DNA of 64,000 nucleotides from Selaginella moellendorffii (Eukaryota > Plantae > Lycopodiophyta): NCBI RefSeq assembly GCF_000143415.4, contig NW_003314355.1:205410-269409 (forward strand), written 5' to 3'. Each line of letters opens with the position of its first letter. Positions within the stretch are counted from its first letter, which is position 1. A program made the position numbers and the translations under genes. Of this stretch, positions 22,675 to 36,263 are shown piece by piece. The notes beneath the pieces were generated by a model. That model did no database searches. It worked only from the letters and a program-made list of their open reading frames with translations, and was not told the origin of the DNA.

Positions 22675-24378
22675 TGTGAGACACAAAATCCCTAGGCCCC
22701 AAAGTGGAGCCAGAAGGGCGCCACATGGTAGTGGCCGAAGCGAGAGCCAAACGAGCGTAACACGTTTGGACCAAAAGCTCCGACTTGAAAAGTCAAGAGC
22801 GGGAGTGGAACTCCCAACGAAGTGCTCGAGGAACGAGCACGAAGCGAGCAAAAGGCAAGGCTCCAAAAAGGGACCCAAAAGGACCAACACATGACACGTG
22901 GGAGAGTCCGAGATGGAGTCCGAAGTGGAGTCCGAGATGGACCCGAGTTGGAATCCGAAGTGGAGTCCGAGATGGACCCGAGTTGGAGTCCGAAGTGGAG
23001 TCCGAGATGGACCCGAGATGGAGTCCGAGATGGAGTCCGAAGTGGAGTCCGAGGTGGACCCGAGATGGACCCGAGTTGGAGTCCGAAGTGGAGTCCGAGA
23101 TGGACCCGAGTTGGAGTCCGAAGTGGAGTCCGAGATGGACCCGAGATGGACCCGAGATGGAGTCCGAGATGGAGTCCGAGGTGGACCCGAGATGGACCCG
23201 AAATGGAGTCCGAAGTCGAGACCGAGACTGAGACCGAGACCGAGACCGAGATCGAGACCGAGATCGGGACCGAGACCGAGACCGAGGCCGAGGCCGAGTC
23301 CGAGGCCGAGCCCGAGTCCGAGTCCAAGTCCGAGTCCGAGTCCGAGTCCGAGTCCGAGTCCGAGTCCGAGTCCGGAGCCTGAGAGGGTGAAAGCCCAAAG
23401 CGTTCGTCTCCCAGACCCTGGGGGGTTTGGTGAGCTCCAAAAGTATAGTAGGGGGGAGGACTGCAGTGGAGCCAGTTTGGCCAGGAAAGGCCAGTTTGGC
23501 CCAGGAAGGCCGGACCCAGTGTTGGGTGATGAGCTGCCCACTGGGAAGTCCAAGACTAGAGTGAACACAAACCGACAAGCGGGGTAGCTTGGTGAAGTGT
23601 TCAAGAGCCGGCTCTAGTTCCCCCGGGAGATCGACTGGCCGATGCTCCCAGTCCAAGTGTGGGTGGCACTACCTACTTGGATACCTGGTGTGGCTCAACG
23701 GAACCCGCTCTAAGCCCATGGCTAGAGCACCCAAGGGCAGAAGGCGAGGAGAGTACCCAGGTGGCTCGCGTAAGGCCACGGTGTTCCGAAATGTTGTCCC
23801 AAAGGCCCAGACTGTGGAAAGGAAGAGGAGCAGTCCTCTGGGGTAGTGACCAAGGACACAGTCGTGTGGTGAGGAAGTCCCAGAGGACTGTGGGACTTAG
23901 TGGTCGGGCCTGTGGGTCTCGATCCAGTGGCAGTGTTGGCAAACACGGCCAGGGGCAGAAAGGGACTTAGTGGGGACTGACAGAGGGATATTGGGGAAGG
24001 CTATTCCCCTTGTCGGTGGGCATCCTAAGGATGCTAAGGAGTGGATCTGAGATGACCACTCACGGATGGTTTGCCTAGTCTTGGAGAGCCAAGACGGTGA
24101 TGCAAGTGGTATTGGACTACCAGTGTGGCAAAGGTGATTGGGCATGGCCTTAGCGTAACGGGCTGCTATGTCGGTGGTACCTTTGAGTGTCAGTCATAGG
24201 ATCGGACACGTGGAGCACTTGGACCAAGTGCAAATGTTGAGTGGCATGGATGCCATTCTCGGGGCTAGCAAGTCCCAAGTCCTGGATTGGACTTATGGAG
24301 GTTGTGAATGAGACTCCTCCAAGTGGTCAGAGGTGTGGTTAAGTGACTAAAGTAGAATGGAAAATTTAGTTGCTTACA
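22675..24378 (+). mobile_element. Solo LTR-A nested in an LTR-A internal region
   Basis: TG...CA; TSD CCATG at 22670-22674 and 24379-24383. Confidence 0.97.
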
Positions 24379-26564
24379 CCATGTTAGACTATGTGGCATT
24401 TGGAAGGCTTGCAGAAAGGGGGGCCTTAGCAAGCTGAGGGACAGAGTTCCTTCAAGGTTCCCAAAGACGATTCTAGGTAGCTTAGTACCTAGAAAGGCCA
24501 AGTGTAAATGGTTCATGGAACGCGCGAAATTAGAGTGGCGCAGCAGAAGCGTGGTCTTGAAGCTTGCCATGAGGCAAGGCTATCAAGGTTAGGGAAGTAG
24601 TTCCCGAGTGTTCAAACAGAGGGCTTTGAACGAAAGTCGATGGTCAAGGACTTTCACGCTTATGCAGGAACCATGTTACAGTGGTCGGAGGACTTGCCAA
24701 GTGAGATTGGCACGTCAGGGGAACAAATACCCTAGTTGAAGGTGATAACTTCAAAAAGGGTGGGCCATGGGGCCGAGCATGGAGGAGTCCATGCATGATC
24801 ACAGACATGTCAAGTGAGAGGACTTGGCAGTGTGGAGGAACTAGGTTCCTAAGCTGTGATCTGTAGCGCGCTCTAAAAATAAGTTGGTGCACCGGCGTGG
24901 GGAGTCACGCCAGGCATCTTGTGTGATGCCGTCCGTAGATGCATATACGGAGGTTGGGTTCGAGTCCCGACCCTCTAGTGCTTGGGTTCGAGTCCCAAAT
25001 CACTAGGGCGTGGTGATGGTTTGGAATATGAGGACACTCATATTTCGGTGGTCATGGACTCTCAGTGGGGAGACTGGTTTGGGCACACCGCCAAGCGAGG
25101 GATGCCTCGGAGTTGTGATGCACGGTTAGATTGCTTAGTGTGAAAGCTCGGCATATCTAACTTGAACGCTTTGGTGCGAGTGGCACCAAGGACGTGGTGA
25201 GTGAGATGGGGACACCTAATCTCAGTTGCTATGGACCCTTGGCCGGAAGGGCTGGCTTGGGCGCACCGCCAAGTGAGGGGGATGCCCCCGGGGTCGTAGT
25301 TAACAAATTAAAGGTCTGGAAGACCTAGTACCTATTGGCAAACCTGTTAAGGTGCCGAGGTGAGATCACTAGGTGATCTTGTGGCTAAATAAGGACAAGG
25401 TCCTTGTTTGGGTTAAGGAATAAGGTTCCTAGTTCAAAGTGTTGATTTGAATTATTGATGATGGTGTGGCTTGGTCAAGGTGACCAAGTGGGAAAAGCAC
25501 CCTAGGGAAATGAGCTATGTCATTGCGATGGCATACTGTGTCCAAGGAAAGTAGTCTCTAAAGAGACCCATGGGAGGGTCACAAAGTTGGGCCGTGGATA
25601 GAGCCCACAGCAGAAGATGCTAAAGAGACTTACTAGGGGCAAACACCCTAGTCTTGGCAAAGCAGAGCCTTTGCTATGGAATCACAAGAATACCTCAAGG
25701 AGGGAGGTAGAGATTCGATGTTGCTTGGTGCAACAATCAACAGATAGGAGCAAAAGATGAGTGGCCAAGATAGGGCCGTGGAATCCCTTGGAAGGAATCC
25801 AAGTGACAAAGTTAGGCGAGGAACACTAATGTGTTGGACGTTAACAAATTCCGGAAAAGGAAGTGTGTTTCCAAGGATGAATTCCGAATTGCTCTAATTT
25901 GGCGAAAGTGGAAGCTCCAAGGGAGGGAGCGGTAAGGTAGCCAAATGATAGGGCCATGGACAGCCCTAGCACAAAGTATGATAAATGGAACTTAGTGCCC
26001 AAGGTGGCACGAAATAGAAGAGAGGATGATGGTGCCCTCAAGTAATGAACTTCCTAGGATGGGGAAGTGGAGTTGCACAATCTGTGCAATGCAAGGTGTT
26101 GGAGACACCTAGGAAATTGACTTCCAAAAGTCAAAAGAGTAAAAGTTCCAAGGTGCCAACGTTCAATAGATGGAAATTGAGACTACTCGAGAAGGAGTAG
26201 TGGGATTGACTTAGAGAAGGGTCTCTAAGAAGTTTAGCGAGAACTAAACCAATAAAAGGGGAGAACCACTATATGTGGTCCAATCAGTCTCTAAGTTGGA
26301 GAGACTACCCTCCTTAGAGGATAGGCAAGGCATGGTGAGCCTTTGGTGTCAAACCATTGAGGCATATGCAAAAGGCATGGTGAGCCTTCAATGTCAAACC
26401 ATTGACGAATATGGAGAAGGCATGGTGAGCCTTCAATGTCAAACCATTGACAAATATTGGCTAGGTGCCAAGGATGGAAATGGTAACACATGCGAGTGTT
26501 ACTTTAAAAAAAAATGGTTTACCGTTCGATGAGGACATCGAACTTCGTCTATGGGTGGTGGAGT

Positions 26565-27761
26565 TGTGAGACACAAAATCCCTAGGCCCCAAAGTGGAGC
26601 CAGAAGGGCGCCACATGGTAGTGGCCGAAGCGAGAGCCAAACGAGCGTAACACGTTTGGACCAAAAGCTCCGACTTGAAAAGTCAAGAGCGGGAGTGGAA
26701 CTCCCAACGAAGTGCTCGAGGAAGGAGCACGAAGCGAGCAAAAGGCGAGGCTCCAAAAAGGGACCCAAAAGGACTAACACATGACACGTGGGAGTGTCCG
26801 AGATGGACTCGAGTTGGAGTCCGAAGTGGAGTCCGAGATGGACCCGAGTTGGAGTCCGAAGTGGAGTCCGAGATGGACCCGAGTTGGAGTCCGAAGTGGA
26901 GTCCGAGATGGACCCGAGTTGGAGTCCGAAGTGGAGTCCGAGATGGACCCGAGTTGGAGTCCGAAGTGGAGTCCGAGATGGACTCGAGTTGGAGTCCGAA
27001 GTGGAGTCCGAGGTGGACCCGAGATGGACCCGAGTTGGAGTCCAAAGTGGAGTCCGAGATGGACCCGAGATGGAGTCCGAGATGGAGTCCGAGATGGAGT
27101 CCGAGGTGGACCCGAGATGGACCCGAAATGAAGTCCGAGATGGAGTCCGAGATGGAGTCCGAAGTCGAGACCGAGACCGGGACCGAGACCGGGACCGAGA
27201 CCGAGACCGAGACCGAGACCGGGACCGAGACCGAGACCGAGGCCGAGGCCGAGGCCGAGACCGAGACCGAGCCCGAGTCCGAGTCCGAATCCGAGTCCGA
27301 GTCCGAGTCCGAGTCCGAGTCCGGAGCCTTTGGTGAGCTCCAAAAGTTTGGTGAGCTCCAAAAGTATAGTAGGGGGAGGACTGCAGTGGAGCCAGTTTGG
27401 CCAGGAAAGGCCAGTTTGGCCCAGGAAGGCCGGACCCAGTGTTGGGTGATGAGCTGCCCACTGGGAAGTCCAAGACTAGAGTGAACACGGACCGACAAGC
27501 GGGGTAGCTTGGTGAAGTGTTCAAGAGCCGGCTCTAGTTCCCCCGGGAGATCGACTGGCCGATGCTCTCAGTCCAAGTGTGGGTGGCACTACCTACTTGG
27601 ATACCAGGCGTGGCTCAACGGAACCTCGCTCTAAGCCCATGGCTAGAGCACCTAAATGCGAAAGGTGGGGAGAGTACCCAGGTGGCTCGCGTAAGGCCAC
27701 GGTGTTCCGAAATGGTGTCCCAAAGTCCCAGACTGTGGAAAGGAAGAGGGGTAGCCCTCGG
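26565..27761 (+). mobile_element. 3'-truncated LTR-A, fused to LINE copy 1
   Basis: Starts TGTGAGACAC after the PPT; similarity stops at GTAGCCCTCGG. Confidence 0.92.
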
Positions 27762-28793
27762 GCAATACTGAGGCAGTTTGCTATGTTCATAAGGATGGAA
27801 GGAATGCCAGTGGGAGACAGAGTCACGGTCAAAGTCAGGATTCCGAAAGAAGTACACATCCCCTTCGAGATAGAACTCAAGCCAGGGAAGGGGGAAGTGC
27901 CAAGAAGGATTCGGGTTATGCTGCTACCGAACCCGAGTGTGTGCATCATCTGCCGGCGAACAGGACACATTGGGAAACACTGTTTGGCCAGAGGAGCAAG
28001 CATGGGGGGAATGCCGGAAACAGGGGAAGACCGACAAAAAGCAAACAGTGGCTTGGAAGGCAAGAAACGAGGAGCAAGAGGGGAAAGGGAAGCAATAGAG
28101 AAAGCGGCCTCCAGTGGAGAAAGCAAGAAGCCTCGAACAAAAGGACAGAAGGAGGAGGGACAAGGGGAGCAATCAACAGCAGCCAAGCAGGAAAAAGGAC
28201 AGTCGGGGACATCACGAGGAAAAGAATGGAGGCCAACAGGAAGACTTTTTGAAGGACAAGCCGCGGGGGAGGCAAAGGGACCTGACACTGAAGTAGAGAC
28301 TGTTCAGGATAAAGGAGAACTACCACCTCAGCAGGCAACACAGAGGGCGCCGGGGCCAGTAGAACAAGAACAACAACAATCACATTCAAGATCAGGAAGA
28401 ACGGAAGACTTTGCAAGAGGAAACTGCCCGCCAGTGTTCACCCCACCGAGAAGAGCAGTATGTGAAGTAGAGCTCTATGTCAGTGGAACGAACCCTCCCA
28501 AGCTCCTGGGGGAATGGATTGACAACAGAGTTGGATACGCTCCGCCGGCAATTTTGATCACGCCCGGACAAGACATAGGCCGGACCCTGGAGGACATCCT
28601 GGCCTACAACTTCAACTGGAACCCGCAGAGGTTCTCGATTCGAGAAGACAATTTTGTGGAGCAAGCGCCGAACTTGTTCAGGTTCCGAGGAACGGCGAGA
28701 ATCCCGTTTGCATGGCCACTCCGACCAATGGGCCCATACCATTGGGTGGAGAGACAGCGTCTTGGCAGCGCCCGAGGATTCAGAAATGGTTAA
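27762..28793 (+). pseudogene. LINE ORF1 C-terminal fragment with CCHC zinc knuckle
   Basis: CIICRRTGHIGKHC; near-identical to the C-terminal half of 50273-52522. Confidence 0.85.
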
Positions 28794-31700
28794 CGTCAAC
28801 GTGAGAACGTGGAACGTGGGAGGCCTGAAGAAGGAGAGATCAGCGCTGAATAACAAAAAGACGAAGTTTAGACAGTACCTTAGACAAATAGAAGGTGTGA
28901 CTCAATGTTTTGATTTCCTGTGTGTGCAAGAGCATAGGCTCTCAAGTATGGACCTGGTTTATAAGTTTACGAAAGGGAAATATTTCTGGAATCCGGCAGT
29001 ATCATGTAGTGGAGGCACATTAATAGTGGTGAAAGGCCAGTGGGAATCCCTGGTCGAAGAACTTGCAATACTGGTACCGGGTAGAGCACAGTGCGTCCAG
29101 TTTAAGATAGGAGATATGCTAGTGGGCCTCCTGAATGTATACGCACCGGCAGGAAGCTCATCTGAAAGAGCAGATTTCTGGAATGAGCTGGTACACCGAA
29201 TACCAGCACAACCCTCAACATGGATGGTCACGGGAGATTTCAACTTTGTGGAAGAAGTGCTAGACAAAGACGGGGGAGAAATGAGAGATAAAAGGACAAG
29301 CAGGGAAAGAGCAATGTGGGCACAACTAGTGCTAGCGCTGGGGTTAGAGGATACGTACAACATCCCGGGTTTTGTACAACACCAGCCAAGGTTCACGTGG
29401 CAAGAGCACCAGCAACGGGGAATTCAACGAAGACTGGACCGTTTTTATGTTTCACCCGAACTGTGTCGGAATAGTGGCAAATTAGACATAACAACGGGAT
29501 ACAGAGACTTCTCGGATCACAACTCGGTGTCATTGACGCTCCCCATCTTAAAAAGGTGGGGAACAAAGAGGCCCGCTCCGGTGTCTTGGAAAAACTTTGA
29601 GGACGGAAAGTTGAATGACTATATAAAAGAAAAATGGAACCAGCAAGAAGGAGGAGACCTGCCCAAGTTCACAATCAAGATAGCCAATGAAATCCGGAAA
29701 AAGACACAGAACAAGAGAAGAAAAGTGTTCAAAAAAGTGCAAGCAATAAGAAGAAATATTGAAGCTATTAAGAGATTGATCAGGTTGGACCCGCTGGACG
29801 CGTCACTGAGAACCCAGCTCGCAAGAACCAAAGCCCAGCTTTTCACCCTGGAAGCGGAAAAAATGGAGGCGTTTATAAGGACGGGGCACCTCAAATGGCA
29901 TAACAGTGAAAATGCGCTAAACAAAGAGTTTTATAAGTCCATAAAAGCAAGAGTTACGTCCCCACCAATGTTCGGGCTCAAGGATGACCAAGGCATGATG
30001 CACACGAGCTTACAGGAGATGCATAGGATGGCTGAGACATACTACCAAGAACTGTTTAGAGCGGAACCGTGGACAGAAGAAAGGAAGATGGCTATGGAGG
30101 AAGTTCTTCAGTCGGTGCCACAGAAGGTAGATGAATCCGTAGCACGGGCCCTGTGCAGAAACTTCACCCTAGAGGAGCTAGAGGATGCAGTTAGAGATTT
30201 GAATGACGACAAGATGCCCGGAGAAGATGGGATGCCGCCAGCATACTATAAAGCAAATTGGGAATGGTTGGGGCCAGTAGTGTTGGACACATGGAAAGAG
30301 GTGATGAGAACGGGACAATGGCCCTCAGGAGCCATAGATGGAATAATTGCGCTCATCCCCAAAAAAGGGGGGGATGCATCACTAATCAAGAACTGGAGAC
30401 CAATATCGATGCTAAATACACTATACAAGATAGTAGCCAAGGCGTTAGCCAAGAGGTTACGGCCGTTATTGCCAGAGACGATACACGACACCCAGAATGG
30501 ATTTGTGGAAGGAAGACAACTAGTGGACAACATCCTGACAGTGCTGCTCACACAAGAACAAGTCAAGGACCAAGAATTAGAGATGGCAATAATACTCCTG
30601 GATTACGAGAAGGCATATGACAGAGTAGACTGGGAGTTCCTGCAAGCGACGATGAGGAAGATTGGCATTCCAGAAAAGTTTATCGGATGGTCAGCCACCT
30701 TATACCAAGGCGCATCAAGCAAGGTCACAATAAATTGGACAGTGGGGAACACGATCAAGCTGCAACGGTCGGTAAGACAAGGGTGTCCATTAGCCCCGTT
30801 TCTATTCCTATTCGTGGCCGATGCTTTAGCGCACTATTTGGCAAGGGTAGATGGGCCGGAAGGGCTGGTACTGCCTGGGTGCAGAGACTCATTGCAAGAC
30901 CTGGCAGGGACAGCAGAAAGGCAGTTGAAATCCAGTGCCTTCGCAGATGACACAGGAATCATCACGTCAGGTTCCCCGGAGAACATGAGCAAGGTCAAGA
31001 AGGATTTGGACTTCTTCAACCTGGCAGCTGGCTCAAGAATAAACTGGGGAAAATCGGTAGGAATATGGCTACCAAGCTCTGACCCGCCAAACTGGGGGAG
31101 TGAGTGGGATTTCAAGTGGCTGAAACAAGGAGAAACAACAAGGTACTTGGGGTTCCAGATAGGCCGGGCATACGACCCCCTCCCGCAGAATCAAAAAGCG
31201 GTCGGAAAGCTCAGAGATCAACTGAAATTTTGGGCGTCACGAAAGCTGTCCTTCTCGGCAAGATGTGTAGTGGCGAATAATATAGTGCTAGGGGCAATCT
31301 GGTTTCTGGCGGCATCATGGAACTTGGATAAGAAAACGTTAAGAGAAATGAACAAGCTCATCAGGACTTATGTATGGAAGGGTCAGGCAACAGTATCACG
31401 AGGAGGGGCAAAGGTTGGATGGAGCTCGGTTACAAGAGCAAAACAGGAGGGGGGGATAAACATAATAGATATAGAGGAACAATGCAAGGCGCTGCTTTTC
31501 AAGATCTTTCACCGAATGAACATGCCCGGAAACCAACCATGGAAACTCCTACTACGCCACCAACTGCTCAAAGTCATTCCAGACAGACTAGAACACACGA
31601 GGCAAAACTGGGAAAAAGATGAAAGGTGGCTGTTCACGGAAGGCGCGCTGAAAATGCCAAGACCAAATACTTTCTCTGGGAAACTGTTCAGATTGTGGAA

Positions 31701-33219
31701 AGAATTCAAGAGCAAGATGGAAAAAAGAAAACCAACAAACACCTACGAGCTGGACCGACAACCAGTATTTCTAAATAAGCTATTTCAATATAAGGGGAAA
31801 TGTTTGGGAGAAACAGAGGACAGAGGAATAGACAAAGTATGCCGGGACCTTCACAGTGCTGGGATGAGAACATTTGCAGAAGCTGACTTGATGATAAAAG
31901 TGGGGGACACAGAAATGAACAGAGATAGACTAAAGGCTTTCTATGGGCTGGAAATCTCAGCACACCGGCTGAAAAAGTTCGAAACAGCCTGGGAAGATGC
32001 GTGAGGGAACTGCAAACAGAGCATGAGGGAAGCCAGAGAAACGACACCAGCATGGTGGATAAATGAGGAAAAAGTGATATACACGGCAACTAAAGACCAG
32101 GCGAAATGTCTTGTCTTCGAGGTCGGGGTGGCTGGTAGACTGTTACCATACAAGGTGCCCGAGGAGAGCTCACGTCCGGACATGACAAGAGCAGAGCCAA
32201 TACGAGTCATACGGATAGACAAGAAAACAGCATCAATGGACCCGATGGTAACAGAGGGCCAGGAAGCTAGGATGTACTGGTTCAGGCAACAAAAATTAAG
32301 CGAGCTGGCATGGGATCCGGTGGAATGGAATTGGCGGGGAAGGCAAAAGGAAGAATTTTTTGCCTACGAAACAAGATTGGGGAGAAGGCTCATTCGACCG
32401 CGCAGTGACTCACTACTGGTATCAAGGATGAAACGAGCCAACATACAGGACAAGACACCACAGGAGATATTGAAAGAATTATGGAAAGGACGGTGGGCAG
32501 CAAAAACAAGATACTTCATGTGGTTGACAATGCAAGACCGGCTGCCATCAAAGCGGAACATACACCTCTCGGATCAAGCTTGTGACAAATGTGGAGCGAG
32601 GGAGACACAAAGGCACATACTATGGGAATGCAAAAGCGCACAGGACGTGTGGAGAAGCACGTGCTGGATGCTGCAACAGCACTCCCAAAGACAAGTGTGC
32701 CTCACATATGAAGCGGCAGTGTGGGGCGAAGCTGCCGCAGGAATGCGAAATGGAACAGACTCTTGGAAATGGGCAGCAATAGAAGAAGGGGCACCGAGGT
32801 TTGATCAACTCAACACAACTCGAACAGACACAGAAGGAATCCCAACAGAGATAATGGACCTATTGAGAGGAATTACAATGTGGGATGTATGGAAAGCCCG
32901 GTGCAATAGGATCTTTAACGACAGGGAAGAAGGACCAAGGGTGGTAGTGGCACGGGTGTGGTCTAGAATGATAACTGCAGCAGCAGCCCGGGTCCTACAA
33001 CTGGAAAAGAGAGGAGGAAGAAATGGCCCAGAAAAAGCAAAAAAAGAAGCGCAGATCTGGCATTTTTTGTGGAAGCAAGGGGAGGCAGGTACTCGGGAAT
33101 GGATGTGGACACCGCCGGATGAATGGTTCCAAGTGACGCATCTCGGAAGACCTTCGGGCGCCAGTTCACGAGCAACCCCCCTTTCTGCTGGTACTTCCAT
33201 TGTAGGCTCCTCTAGATAA
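28786..33219 (+). pseudogene. LINE ORF2 (APE endonuclease, RT, C-terminal zinc finger) with a premature TGA at 32002-32004
   Basis: TWNVGG, QEH, GDFN, RLDRFY, SDH; NWRPISMLN, LDYEKAYDRV, RQGCPLAP, FADD; CDKC...HILWEC. Confidence 0.95.
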
Positions 33220-34293
33220 AGGCTCTTTGCTGGTTTTGTGCCCAACGAAACCATGCCCAGTCTTTTTGGTTTTTTACTGGAAAATAAAAGGCCCCGTTTA
33301 ACAAAGTCGGACTAGAAGAAGAGAGAAAGGAGAGAATGGCGAGTGAAGGCGGAGAGGAGAGGGAAGGCGCTAAGGCAAGAGGAGAGTAGAGAGGCTGTTG
33401 GGAGAGAGTGGAGTGGACGCTTGGGGGCGGCGGTGGAGCTGAACAGAAGTAAGGCAAGCGGATTGATCTTTTCGGCGGCAGACAGATCCGAGAGGGTTTT
33501 TTTCACTAACTGGTTGAATAGATCTGGAAGCGCCAGGCGAAAGCACGACTGATCTGAGTGTGGCCGGGCAGTGAGTTTGTTCCTTCTCTGGGTGTGGGTG
33601 ACTCGCGCAAGTTACAGCAAAAGATTGGGTGGATAGAGCTAGTAGTGTGGTCCAAGCTGGTTTCAAGTCGGTGGCCCGGTTTTTTTCCGCGAGAGATCAT
33701 CAGACAAAGGCTAAAGATCTGAGCTAGAAGCGAAGCCTCTCCTCCAGCTGCAAAGCGCAAGAAAAAGAGAAAAGAATCGAAAGCATCCCACTGAATCACC
33801 CCCGCCGTGCATTTTTTGGCTCGAAGCTCAAGTTTTGGAATGGCTCCAAAGGACATCCTTTCTGGCCCCCCCTCGGCTGACAGTATTGGCTTGTAAGAAA
33901 GTCCTTTCGGTCCTCGGGGGAACAGGCCAGAGAGGAGTAAGATCGCCGAGTCATGAAAAGCTGAGTGAAAAGTCTCAAAAGTCCCCCAAACACTTCTCGC
34001 TGCATGCACTAAAAAAGAAAGAGCGCGTGCTGGGAGGATAAGAGGAACGGTCGCAATAAGGCAATGATCTGGAGTACTAGTCGGGGGGATCTTAGGCACA
34101 GCAAAACTGGGCTGGCCGGCTGAAATCAGCTTGGACCCGGAACTTTTGTCTGAAGGTTCAAAAGCTCTACGCGACCGAGATCTTGAGCAGAAGTAACTGG
34201 GCAAGAGGGAAGCTCCGCTTTAGTTGGAAGACCAAGCTCACTGGCCAGAGACACGCCCAAGAAAGGAAGTGCAAAGCTTGAAGCAAGATCACG

Positions 34294-35110
34294 ATGTTCA
34301 AAGGCAAGAAACCGCTGCTCTGGACGGCGAGGATGCGACCGAGAGGAGAAGAAGGGACGGAGGAGATGGTGGACACACGGCGGAACAAGATGGGAGGAAT
34401 CGGGAATGACGGGAATCCCGAGACAACGGCTAGACGGCGAATGAATGTGGGTGCGGGAAATCCAAGGAAGGAGTTAAGAGGGGAGAACGGTGGAATAACT
34501 GTCAAGATCGTAGCAAATCGGGAGAAAAACGAGGACAGTAACAACGTCATCAACACGCAGCAAGTGGGAATAAAAGCGACTGAGCAAGTCACTGTCGGAG
34601 GGGAGGGGAAGAAGGACAAGGCAACACGTGGAGATGCATGGGGGGAAAATCTAAGCATGAAATCCAGGGAAGGGACGCGTGGCGGGGCAATGTCCGAGGA
34701 GAAGCTGAAGAATCCAAGGAAACAATCATGTGCGATATCAACGTGGACAGGGAAAGGGGAAGAAAAACGTGGAGGAGTGGGCAGCAAATGGCGGAACGAC
34801 AAGTGGCAACCAGGGTCAGCGCTATTTAAAGGGGACTTGTCAATTCGGAGGGCTTTATTTTCAGTAAAAGACGAAGGGCAGCGCGAAGAAAAAGGCAATG
34901 CGGTAAGCGAGAGGAGAGGGAAAGACAAGGGGGAAAAATCTCCGAAAGGAAAGAGGGTCGTAGACAAAGTGGAGGGAACGGAAGGGAAGGAAAAGGGGGA
35001 AAAAGAGGGAGAGAGGAGAAGAGGATCGCAAGAATCAGAGGGGGAACAACGGAAAAAAGAGGAAGACACCAGAGGAAGTATGCCGCGAGCAAGGACAACG
35101 GCGAGGATGA
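34294..35110 (+). pseudogene. LINE ORF1 N-terminal part (charged, low complexity)
   Basis: In frame with 50273-52522 after removal of the insertion; reconstructed ORF1 ~1,020 aa. Confidence 0.75.
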
Positions 35111-36263
35111 TGTGAGACACAAAATCCCTAGGCCCCAAAGTGGAGCCGGAAAGGGTGCCACGTGGTAGTGGTTGAAGTGAGAGCCAAACGAGCGTAACAC
35201 GTTTGGACCAAAAGCTCCGACTTGAAAAGTCAAGAGCGGGAGTGGAACTCCCAACGAAGTGCTCGAGGAACGAGCACGAAGCGAGCAAAAAGCGAGGCTC
35301 CAAAAAGGGACCCAAAAGGACCAACACATGACACATGGAAGTGTCCGAGATGGACTCGAGTTGGAGTCCGAAGTGGAGTCCGAGATGGACCTGAGTTGGA
35401 GTCCGAAGTGGAGTCCGAGATGGACCCGAGATGGAGTCCGAGATGGAGTCCGAAATGGAGTCCGAGGTGGACCCAAGATGGACCCGAAATGGAGTCCGAG
35501 ATGGACCCGAGATGGAGTCCGAGATGGAGTCCGAGATGGAGTCCGAGGTGGACCCGAGATGGACCCGAAATGGAGTCCGAGATGGAGTCCGAGGTGGACC
35601 CGAGATGGACCCGAAATGGAGTCCGAGATGGAGTCCGAGATGGACTCGAGATGGAGTCCGAGATGGACCCGAGATGGAGTCCGAGATGGACCCGAGATGG
35701 AGTCCGAGATGAACCCGAGATGGAGTCCGAGATGGAGTCCGAGATGGAGTCCGAAGTCGAGACCAAGACCGGGACCGAGACCGAGACCGAGACCGAGACC
35801 GCGACCGAGACCGAGACGGAGACCGAGACCGAGATCGGGACCGAGAACGAGACCGAGGCCGAGCCCGAGTCCGAGTCTGAGTCTGAGTCCGAGTCCGAGT
35901 CCGAGTCCGAGTCCGAGTCCGAGTCCGAGTCCGAGTCCGAGTCCGAGTCCGAGTCCGAGTCCGAGTCCGAGTCCGAGTCCGAGTCCGAGTCCGAGTTCGA
36001 GTTCGAGTCTGAGAGGGTGAAAGCCCAAAGCGTTTGTCTCCCAGACCCTAGGGGGTTTGGTGAGCTCCAAAAGTATAGTAGGGGGAGGACTGCAGTGGAG
36101 CCAGTTTGGCCAGGAAAGGCCAGTTTGGCCCAAGAAGGCCGGACCCAGTGTTGGGTGATGAGCTGCCCACTGGGAAGTCCAAGACTAGAGTGAACACAGA
36201 CCAACAAGCGGGGTAGCTTGGTGAAGTGTTCAAGAGCCTGCTCTAGTTCCCCCGGGAGATCGA

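Larger units (their letters stand above)
20700..26564 (+). mobile_element. Complete non-coding internal region of LTR-A (LARD-like), copy 2
   Basis: PBS at start, PPT-like ATGGGTGGTGGAGT at 26551-26564; ~4.1 kb without the nested LTR; no gag/pol ORF. Confidence 0.9.
27762..33300 (+). mobile_element. LINE (L1/Tx1-like, APE-RT) copy 1, lacking its 5' part
   Basis: Colinear with 51491-57017; ends CCGTTTA with no poly(A), followed by 16 bp of 28S rDNA. Confidence 0.95.
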
